64,000 nt of DNA from Eubacteriales bacterium (GTDB taxonomy: Bacteria > Bacillota > Clostridia > Oscillospirales > JAAYXM01), in the NCBI GenBank assembly GCA_045589235.1, contig JAZNOR010000001.1, forward strand, positions 2,503 through 66,502, read 5' to 3'. A model generated the notes under the pieces. That model made no database searches. It saw only the letters and a program-made list of their open reading frames with translations, and was not told the origin of the DNA. Made by a program: the position numbers and the translations under genes. Shown here piece by piece: positions 32,016-39,345 of the stretch. Each line of letters starts with the position of its first letter. Positions within the stretch are counted from its first letter, which is position 1.

Positions 32016-32033
32016 GGTCGCGTTATGCGACCT
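32015..32033. terminator. GC hairpin shared by convergent mrnC and the micro-ORF
   Basis: AGGTCGC-GTTAT-GCGACCT. There is no strong U-tract on either side. Confidence 0.5.
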
Positions 32034-32174
32034 TTAGTACTGCTCGCGATTATCTTTTTTGTTTTCAAAATTATTTTCTTTCTTGTTCTGTTCGTTCTGC
32101 TTATTCTGGAAGTTGTTTTCCTTCTTATTCTGGAAATTGTTATTCTGCTTGTTCTGGTTATTTTCCTTAGACAT
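32034..32174 (-). CDS. unannotated 46-aa Gln/Asn/Lys-rich tandem-repeat micro-protein
   Basis: My own translation of the minus strand gives MSKENNQNKQNNNFQNKKENNFQNKQNEQNKKENNFENKKDNREQY. SD AAGGAGA (complement of 32183-32189) lies 8 nt upstream. It is below the track cutoff. The + strand ORFs here are its low-complexity complement. Confidence 0.55.
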   Translation of the reverse strand: MSKENNQNKQNNNFQNKKENNFQNKQNEQNKKENNFENKKDNREQY

Positions 32175-32322
32175 TTTCATTTTCTCCTTAATCTTTATTG
32201 CAAGTTGTTCCTTGCAAGTGCTATTTTGTGCACAAAACTTTGTTATTATTCATACTTGAAAAGGATATACAAAGTATGTTAAAATAAAATTTACTAAAAG
32301 TATTAATGTAAGGAGTTTTACA

Positions 32323-33039
32323 ATGTCCGGTCATTCTAAATGGAAAAATATTCTTCATAAAAAAGAAAAAACAGATGCACAACGTGCAAAAATATTCACA
32401 AAAATAGGTCGTGAAATGGCAGTTGCCGTTCGCGAGGGTGGTCCTGATCCTGTTTCCAACTCAAAGCTTCGCGACTGTATCGCAAAAGCTCGCGCAAACA
32501 ATGTGCCGAATGATAACATCAAACGCATTATTGAACGCGCATCAGGTGACGGTGCAACCTATGAAACCATTACCTACGAGGGTTACGGTCCAAGCGGTAT
32601 TGCCGTTATCGTTGAGACTATGACTGATAACAGAAACCGTACTGCAGGTGATGTCCGCCATTATTTTGATAAATTCGGTGGTAACCTCGGTGCTACCGGC
32701 TGTGTTTCCTGGCAGTTCGACCAGAAGGGTGTTATTGTCATAGAAAAAGGCGATACTGATGAAGACGAAATGATGCTTGCATTTTTAGATGCAGGTGCGG
32801 ATGATATTGATATGGAGGGCGAAGTATATCAGGTATTCACAAAGCCTGAAGATTTCTCAGCCGTTCGCGAGGCACTTGAATCTGCTAACTATCCTATTTT
32901 AGATGCAAACATAGAAATGGTTCCGCAAAACTATGTCGAGCTTTCATCTGAAGACGATATTAAAAATATGCAAAAATTACTTGATGCACTCGAAGATAAC
33001 GACGATGTGCAGAATGTGTACCACAACTGGGAGGAGTAA
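32323..33039 (+). CDS. yebC: YebC/PmpR family DNA-binding transcriptional regulator
   Basis: 238 aa. The N-terminus [23 protein letters not shown] is diagnostic. Confidence 0.93.
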   Translation: MSGHSKWKNILHKKEKTDAQRAKIFTKIGREMAVAVREGGPDPVSNSKLRDCIAKARANNVPNDNIKRIIERASGDGATYETITYEGYGPSGIAVIVETMTDNRNRTAGDVRHYFDKFGGNLGATGCVSWQFDQKGVIVIEKGDTDEDEMMLAFLDAGADDIDMEGEVYQVFTKPEDFSAVREALESANYPILDANIEMVPQNYVELSSEDDIKNMQKLLDALEDNDDVQNVYHNWEE

Positions 33040-33065
33040 TTTCTCCGCACAAGAGGTGAATTTTA

Positions 33066-34268
33066 ATGAGATATGTTGTTATGCTTGGCGACGGTATGGC
33101 TGACCGCCCGGTTCCGGCACTCGGCAACAAAACCCCGCTTGAAGCAGCAAAAAAACCAATGATGGACTATCTTTCGGAAAACGGCGAGTTAGGTCTCGTT
33201 CGCACACTCTATGAAGGTATGCCGACAGGTAGTGATATTGCAAATTTATCCGTTTTAGGATATGACCCTAAAAAGTACTATACAGGTCGTTCTCCGATTG
33301 AGGCACTCGGTCTTAATATTTCGCTCTGTGACGATGATACGGTTTTTCGTTTAAATCTTGTAAGCATATCAACCGACGAACCGTTTGAAGAAAAAGTTAT
33401 GCTTGACCACAGCTCGGATAAAATTACAAATGAAGAAGCGTATGAGCTGCTTGATGCATTAAATGCAGAATTTGGCTCTGATGCGATTTCCTTCTATCGC
33501 GGCATCAGCTACCGTCACATTTTAATCTGGAAAGGTATTGACTATGGCTACACAATGATGCCGCCGCACGATATTTTAGAGCAGAAGATTACCAAATATT
33601 TACCGGGTGGTAAATATGGCACGCAAGTGCTGGATATGATGCGCCGCAGCTATGAAATTTTAATGGCGCACCCGGTTAACATTTCCCGAATGGAACGTGG
33701 ACTTCGCCCTGCAAACTGTATGTGGCTTTGGGGAGAGGGAACAAAACCGCAGATTGATAAGTTTTCTGACAAATACGGTATTTCGGGTGCTGTTGTAACC
33801 GCAGTTCCACTTATTGCAGGTCTTGCAAACGGAATGGGACTTAAGTATATTCCCGTTGAGGGCGCAACCGGTGATTACTACACAAATTACGAGGGTAAAG
33901 CAAGCGCGGCAAAGGCTGCGCTTGATGACGGCTGTGATTTTGTATTTATACATGTTGAAGCACCGGATGAGTGCGGTCACGATGGCGATACTGAGCTTAA
34001 AGTAAAAGCAATTGAGCGAATTGATAAGGAGATATTAACTCCGATTAAAGAGAAGCTTGACTCTCTTGACGAGCCGTATCGCATTTTACTTATGCCCGAC
34101 CATGCAACTCCGATTGAAATACGCACTCACTCGCTCGACTTGATTCCGTATGTTATTTATGAAAAGAACGGCGTGAATAAGAGCGGGCTCTCATACAATG
34201 AGAGCAATGCGGCAAAGACCGGTGTAAATATTTCGTTCGGTCATGATTTAATGAAGAAATTTATTTAA
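33066..34268 (+). CDS. apgM: cofactor-independent phosphoglycerate mutase, archaeal-type (ApgM family)
   Basis: 400 aa. Begins MLGDGMADRP and carries HVEAPDECGHDGD and PDHATP metal-site motifs. Confidence 0.85.
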   Translation: MRYVVMLGDGMADRPVPALGNKTPLEAAKKPMMDYLSENGELGLVRTLYEGMPTGSDIANLSVLGYDPKKYYTGRSPIEALGLNISLCDDDTVFRLNLVSISTDEPFEEKVMLDHSSDKITNEEAYELLDALNAEFGSDAISFYRGISYRHILIWKGIDYGYTMMPPHDILEQKITKYLPGGKYGTQVLDMMRRSYEILMAHPVNISRMERGLRPANCMWLWGEGTKPQIDKFSDKYGISGAVVTAVPLIAGLANGMGLKYIPVEGATGDYYTNYEGKASAAKAALDDGCDFVFIHVEAPDECGHDGDTELKVKAIERIDKEILTPIKEKLDSLDEPYRILLMPDHATPIEIRTHSLDLIPYVIYEKNGVNKSGLSYNESNAAKTGVNISFGHDLMKKFI

Positions 34269-34290
34269 ACTTGGCAAAGGAGAAAGAGTA

Positions 34291-36060
34291 ATGCTAACAC
34301 TCAAACAAAAGCTGTCTGAAATTGTAAGCGCGGCATTTTCGTCCTGCGGTTACGATGAAAGCTACGGCGGCGTTACAGTTTCAAATCGCGAGGATTTGTG
34401 TCAATTCCAGTGTAATGGTGCACTCGCTGCTGCAAAGTTTTACCGCAAGAATCCCGTTGCAATCGCGCAGGAAATTGTTGCAGCTCTCGAAGGTAATGAA
34501 ATTTTTGCATCTGTTACCTTTGCGCCTCCGGGATTTATCAACATGAACGTTTCAGATGATTATCTTGCAGCTTATGCAGGTGAAATGCTCTGCGACTCTC
34601 GTCTTTGCTTGCCAGAGGCAGATGATAAGAAAACAATTGTTATCGACTATGGCGGACCTAATGTTGCAAAGCCGTTGCATATCGGTCATCTTCGTACTGC
34701 AATTATTGGTGAGGCATTAAAGCGTCTTGCTAAGTTCTTGGGTCATAATGTAATCGGCGATGTTCACCTTGGTGACTGGGGCTTACAGATGGGTCTCATC
34801 ATTGCAGGACTTGAGTCAAAACAGCCGGATCTTTGTTATTTTGATGAAAATTACAACGGTGATTATCCTGAAGAATGCCCGGTAACAATTGACGATTTGA
34901 ACGCACTTTATCCTGAGGCAAGTGCGCGCTCAAAAGTTGATGAAGAATTTAAAAAGACAGCGCAAAAGGCAACCTATGATTTGCAAAACGGAAGACGTGG
35001 CTATGTCGCACTTTGGAAAAGTTTCCTTGACATTTCCGTTTCTGACCTTAAACGCAGTTACGCAAAGTTGAATGTCGATTTTGACAAGTGGCTCGGCGAG
35101 AGTGACTCGGCACCGTTTGTTGATGATATGATTACATCTCTTAAGGATCGCGGTCTTGCATATTTAAGTGACGGGGCGTTGATTGTTGATGTTGCACTTC
35201 CTGATGACAAAGAGGAAATTCCGCCGATCATAATCAGTAAATCTGACGGAAGCCAGCTATATGGCACAACTGATATTGCTACAATCATTCAGCGCATGCG
35301 TGATTTTAACCCCGATGAAATTTGGTATGTTGTTGATATTCGTCAGGCACTCCACTTCAAACAGGTGTTCCGCGCAACACGCAAGGCAGGCTTTGTTCGC
35401 GATGATACGCAGCTTTTCCACATAGGCTTCGGCACTATGAATGGAAAAGACGGAAAGCCATACAAAACCCGTGATGGCGGTGTTATGCGTCTGTCTGATT
35501 TAATCGAAACCGTTTCCTCGGCAGCTCTTGCTAAAATGAACGACTCCGAGGTTATGCGCGATGTTTCGGACGAGGATAAGAGAATTGAGGCAGAAAAGGT
35601 CGGCATTGCGGCGCTTAAATTCGGCGACCTTATAAATCAGCCGGCTAAAGACTATGTTTTTGATATGGACCGTTTCCTTGCAAGCGAGGGAAAAACAGGG
35701 CCGTATCTTCAGTATTGTGTTGTTCGTATTGCATCAGTACTCGCTAAAGCTTCGGAATCCAATATCGCACTTGGCGATATTTTGCCGCCTAGCTCTGCTT
35801 CTGAGCGTGCGCTCATATTAAAGCTTGCAAGCGTTGGCGATGTTCTCTTCCGCGCGATTGATGAAAAAGCTCCTACTGGAATTTGCGAAGTTCTTTTCGA
35901 TATTGCGGGCGTATTCAACCGCTTCTATCATGAGAATAAAATTTTAACCGAGGAAGATGTTGCCCGCCGCGCATCCTGGTTATCACTATTAAAGCTCACA
36001 CACAAGATGATGACAACGCTCCTTGAAATTCTCGCAATCGACATCCCCGACCATATGTAA
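34291..36060 (+). CDS. argS: arginine--tRNA ligase
   Basis: 589 aa. Has the class I HIGH motif (AKPLHIGHLR) and a C-terminal DALR anticodon-binding region. The upstream gap is only 22 nt, so no T-box fits. Confidence 0.95.
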   Translation: MLTLKQKLSEIVSAAFSSCGYDESYGGVTVSNREDLCQFQCNGALAAAKFYRKNPVAIAQEIVAALEGNEIFASVTFAPPGFINMNVSDDYLAAYAGEMLCDSRLCLPEADDKKTIVIDYGGPNVAKPLHIGHLRTAIIGEALKRLAKFLGHNVIGDVHLGDWGLQMGLIIAGLESKQPDLCYFDENYNGDYPEECPVTIDDLNALYPEASARSKVDEEFKKTAQKATYDLQNGRRGYVALWKSFLDISVSDLKRSYAKLNVDFDKWLGESDSAPFVDDMITSLKDRGLAYLSDGALIVDVALPDDKEEIPPIIISKSDGSQLYGTTDIATIIQRMRDFNPDEIWYVVDIRQALHFKQVFRATRKAGFVRDDTQLFHIGFGTMNGKDGKPYKTRDGGVMRLSDLIETVSSAALAKMNDSEVMRDVSDEDKRIEAEKVGIAALKFGDLINQPAKDYVFDMDRFLASEGKTGPYLQYCVVRIASVLAKASESNIALGDILPPSSASERALILKLASVGDVLFRAIDEKAPTGICEVLFDIAGVFNRFYHENKILTEEDVARRASWLSLLKLTHKMMTTLLEILAIDIPDHM

Positions 36061-36105
36061 AAGAAGTGTATTATGTAGAATGCAGTTAAGGACACCTCGT
36101 CAGTT

Positions 36106-36138
36106 AAAGCCATTGATTTCAAGAATCAATGGCTTTTT
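36106..36138 (+). terminator. argS terminator
   Basis: AAAGCCATTGATT-TCAAG-AATCAATGGCTTTTT. Confidence 0.85.
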
Positions 36139-36282
36139 ATGTCTTTTAAGGTGCGGACGTTTATGAGGAGCACTTTTGTTTTGGTGATAGCTCGGTGGCA
36201 ATGCAATCTACAATAAATTTTTTCGTGTTATTCATTTTCTACAGTGATAATATTATAAATTTGCTCTCTTGGCTGAATATAG

Positions 36283-36311
36283 TTGACTTTTCGGAGTGCG
36301 TTTGATATGCT
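36283..36311 (+). promoter_or_regulatory. candidate sigma-A promoter of solute-binding paralog 2
   Basis: TTGACT-17 nt-TATGCT. The same AGTTGACTTTT -35 context lies upstream of paralog 1 (complement of 22816-22821). Confidence 0.5.
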
Positions 36312-36365
36312 GATAATGTAGTTGTGTTAACTGCAAAAGCAGTAAAAATAAAAGGAGGGAAACTT

Positions 36366-37943
36366 ATGAAAAACACATTTAAACGCGTTCTCGCATTAGC
36401 TCTTGCAGGTGCTATGGCACTCAGCTTTGTTGCTTGCGATAACGGCGGCGGTAATGCAGAGAACAATGTCGGTGAAGTTGCTGACGGTAAGCTTTTCCCG
36501 GAGGGAACTGTAATCAGTATGACCATCCCGAGCTCTGCTTCATGGCCGTACAACGAAAATTGGATTGTTTGGGACTACCTTGAGGAAGCAACAGGTGCAA
36601 AACTCCAAATCAACGCTATCCCTGGTGCTGATATCATCACAAAGGTTAACCTTATGATGGCATCACCGGAAAATTTCCCGGATCTTCTCTTCATGGACTA
36701 TAAGGGAGACGTTAACGGTCACGCACTCGATGGTGCATTCGTTAACTTAAAAGAGCATCTTGACGAGATGCCAACATTTGTTGCTCGTGCAGAAGCTATG
36801 CCGCAGGGCAAGGATATGTTCCTCGCTGAGCTTGGTGCAGGTGACGGCGGCCTTTACTTTGCAGGTGCAATTCCGGTAGGTCTCGGTAACGCTCGTTGCT
36901 GGTTATACCGCCGCGATATTTTTGAAAAGAACAACTTAGAGCCGCCGAAAACAGAGGCTGAAATGCTTGATGTTGCTCGCGAGCTTAAAAAGATATATCC
37001 TGACTCATATCCGCTTTGCTTCCGCAACGGTTTAGGTCAGATGGACGTTATGGGCCCGATGTGGAAGGAATACTTTACATACGGTCTCTACTATGACTTC
37101 AACAATGAAAAGTGGAACTACGGTGCGCTTGAAAAAGACATTATGTTCCACATTATCGAACTCTTCCAGACAATGCATTCAGAAGGTCTCGTTCCTTCTG
37201 ACTTCCTCACAATTTCAGGTAAGTCATGGGAAGAGCTTGTTTCAACAAACCGCGGCTTTATGATGCCTGAGTATTCAAGCCGTACTTCGTTCTTTAACAA
37301 ACCGGCTCGTGTAGATAACCCTGAATTTACTTTAGCATATATGGATCCGCCAAAGGGCGGCACAGAGGCCGGTGCACAGATGATTGCAAACTACGTTACC
37401 AACCCGACAGGCTTTGCAGTATTCCAGACCGGCGATGACAAGAGAATTGCAAATGCAATCAAGTATGTTGACTGGTTATATTCTGACGAGGCTGCAGTAA
37501 TTGGTGGCTACGGTAAAGAAGGCGAAACATACACCGTTGATGCTGATGGTGTAAAGCATGTAATTCTTGAAGAGGGCGAAACCTCATCTGTAAGATATGG
37601 TTTCGGCACACATGGTATCAAGCTCTATTCTGACAAGGCAGCTGCTGAAGCTGATCTTAAGAAGATTCCGGAGATGTGGGAAATTTACGAGAACTTCCAG
37701 AGAACAACTGTTCCGAACCAGAACCCGTTATATTGGCTCGGTTGGAGCGATGACGAGCAGGATACCTATGATGAGTACTTTGTTGCAGTTGATACTTACA
37801 CAAAGGAAATGCTTGCTAAGTTCATCTTAAAGCAGGAGCCGATGAGTAAATACGACGAGTTTATCAAGACTCTTGAAGAACTTGGCGTTAACGAGCTTAT
37901 AAGTATTTGCGAAAGCGCATATGCTCGCGCAACAGGTAAATAA
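36366..37943 (+). CDS. extracellular solute-binding lipoprotein (family-1, LplA-like), paralog 2
   Basis: About 525 aa from MKNTFKRVLALALAGAMALSFVAC (lipobox). It is collinear with paralog 1 and roughly two-thirds identical by eye. The start is at ATG 36366 after AAGGAGGG. The track start at 36324 lies upstream of the SD. Confidence 0.85.
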   Translation: MKNTFKRVLALALAGAMALSFVACDNGGGNAENNVGEVADGKLFPEGTVISMTIPSSASWPYNENWIVWDYLEEATGAKLQINAIPGADIITKVNLMMASPENFPDLLFMDYKGDVNGHALDGAFVNLKEHLDEMPTFVARAEAMPQGKDMFLAELGAGDGGLYFAGAIPVGLGNARCWLYRRDIFEKNNLEPPKTEAEMLDVARELKKIYPDSYPLCFRNGLGQMDVMGPMWKEYFTYGLYYDFNNEKWNYGALEKDIMFHIIELFQTMHSEGLVPSDFLTISGKSWEELVSTNRGFMMPEYSSRTSFFNKPARVDNPEFTLAYMDPPKGGTEAGAQMIANYVTNPTGFAVFQTGDDKRIANAIKYVDWLYSDEAAVIGGYGKEGETYTVDADGVKHVILEEGETSSVRYGFGTHGIKLYSDKAAAEADLKKIPEMWEIYENFQRTTVPNQNPLYWLGWSDDEQDTYDEYFVAVDTYTKEMLAKFILKQEPMSKYDEFIKTLEELGVNELISICESAYARATGK

Positions 37944-37994
37944 GTATAAAAAAAGAAGTGTCGTAAGAGACGTTCTGTTAAGGACACGTTATTA

Positions 37995-38097
37995 GCCTCT
38001 CCTGTGTAAGGGGAGGTGGGTTGCGAAGCGACTCGGAGGGGTTGTCAATCCCTCAGTCAAATCTTTGATTTGACAGCTCCCTTTACACAAGGGAGCC
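37995..38097. repeat. inverted dimer of a ~50-nt GC-rich structured repeat unit
   Basis: The reverse complement of 37995-38044 aligns with 38046-38097. They share the flanks CAAYCCCTC..AGTC and CTCCCYTTACACARGGGAG around a hairpin of variable sequence. Confidence 0.6.
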
Positions 38098-38100
38098 TCC

Positions 38101-38135
38101 AAAAAGCCTTGAACTTACTTAAGTTCAAGGCTTTT
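38101..38135. terminator. bidirectional terminator between paralog 2 and the ABC permease gene
   Basis: AAAAAGCCTTGAACTT-ACTT-AAGTTCAAGGCTTTT. Confidence 0.85.
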
Positions 38136-38173
38136 ACTGTCCTTTGGTGTATTCTTATTAAGATACTTCTTTT

Positions 38174-39331
38174 TTATGCGCGGTTTCCGCGTTTTTTTGA
38201 GAGAATATCGAACACAACCGCGGCAAGAAGCACAAGACCTTTAATCGTCTGTACCATATCGGAACCTACACCCATAATTGAAAGTCCGTTATTGAGAACG
38301 CCGATTACGAGCGCACCGATAATTGCACCGATTACCGTGCCGATACCACCTGAGCTTGATGCACCGCCAATAAAGCAAGATGCGATCGCATCAAGCTCGA
38401 AATTTAAACCTGCAGTAGGAGTTGCCGCCTGAAGACGCGAGGTGTAAACAACGCCTGCAACTGCAGCAAGTGTTGACATATTAACAAATGTCCAGAAAAG
38501 AATTTTTTTCGTTTTAATGCCCGATAAAATTGCAGCTTTTTCATTACCGCCCATTGCATATAAATATCTTCCCGGCACGGTTTTACTTGTGAAAAACGAA
38601 TACGCAATAATTAAAATAAGCATTAGAATGAGCAGAATCGGGATTCCTTTATACATTGCAAGCCATATTGAGAAAAGAGCAATCGCAGCAACGATTAAAA
38701 CAGAGCTGATAATAAAAAATGTGAGAGATTGTGTATCGAAGCCTTTTTTCTTTCGTTGTGCACGACGGCGTATACTAATGAAAAGATAAACGAAAATAGC
38801 AACTCCGCCTAGAATGAGAGCGCTTGTGGCGTTTGGAACAAAGCCCGAAGAAATTAAATTAAAATCGTTTGGAAAAGGAGAGAGTGTAAGGCCCTGCAGA
38901 ACAAATTGCGTGAGTCCGCGGAATACGAGCATACCGGCAAGTGTTACTATAAACGCAGGTATTCTCATATACGCAATCCAAAAGCCTTGCCATGCACCGA
39001 TGAGGCCACCGAGAACCAATGCAATCAGCACGGCAAGCCATGTGTTAAAGCCCATCTGAACAATTAACTCGCCGAGTACTGCGCCGATAAATGCAACAAC
39101 GGAGCCAACACTTAAGTCGATACTGCCACTGCTCAGAATACAGAGGAGCATACCGATGGTGAGGATTATTACATAGCTGTTTTGCATTATAAGATTAGTT
39201 ACATTTTGCGGAGTTAAAAGAATTCCGCCGGTAAGAATCTGAAACAGAACCATAATTACAACGAGGGCGATAAGCATACTGAACTGTCGCAGATTCATAC
39301 TTATATTTATTTTATTTTTAAGTTTGTCCAT
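38174..39331 (-). CDS. monosaccharide ABC transporter permease (GguB/MmsB-like, CUT2)
   Basis: 385 aa with about 10 TM segments. It belongs to the branched-chain/sugar permease family typical of ribose/xylose/multiple-sugar systems. Confidence 0.88.
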   Translation of the reverse strand: MDKLKNKINISMNLRQFSMLIALVVIMVLFQILTGGILLTPQNVTNLIMQNSYVIILTIGMLLCILSSGSIDLSVGSVVAFIGAVLGELIVQMGFNTWLAVLIALVLGGLIGAWQGFWIAYMRIPAFIVTLAGMLVFRGLTQFVLQGLTLSPFPNDFNLISSGFVPNATSALILGGVAIFVYLFISIRRRAQRKKKGFDTQSLTFFIISSVLIVAAIALFSIWLAMYKGIPILLILMLILIIAYSFFTSKTVPGRYLYAMGGNEKAAILSGIKTKKILFWTFVNMSTLAAVAGVVYTSRLQAATPTAGLNFELDAIASCFIGGASSSGGIGTVIGAIIGALVIGVLNNGLSIMGVGSDMVQTIKGLVLLAAVVFDILSKKRGNRA

Positions 39332-39345
39332 AATTTATTTCTCCT

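Noticed and set aside
32025-32282. Two overlapping + strand ORFs (85 aa and 66 aa) encoding Phe/Leu-rich, apparently membrane-like peptides.
   Set aside because: They are the reverse complement of the Asn/Gln/Lys repeat micro-ORF (AAC/CAG/AAG read backwards gives GTT/CTG/CTT). They lack an SD. They would begin inside the mrnC terminator hairpin.
34269-34290. I looked for a T-box leader upstream of argS.
   Set aside because: Only 22 nt separate apgM and argS, so there is no room for a T-box. argS is probably co-transcribed with the upstream gene.
36054-36081. Resemblance of TTATGTAGAAT (36071-36081) to the XerD arm of dif sites (TTATGTAAACT / TTATGTTAAAT).
   Set aside because: The 17 nt upstream (TATGTAAAAGA plus AGTGTA) do not match a XerC arm or the expected pseudo-palindromy. 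The second copy of the flanking repeat (37951-37987) lacks the motif. This is most likely coincidence.
38016-38432. A 138-aa + strand ORF starting in the GC-rich repeat and running antisense into the ABC permease gene.
   Set aside because: Its N-terminal part is a translation of the palindromic repeat (RGCQSLSQIFDLTAPFTQGSL) and the rest is antisense to a well-supported permease gene. It has no SD. This is a typical mis-call over repeat elements.
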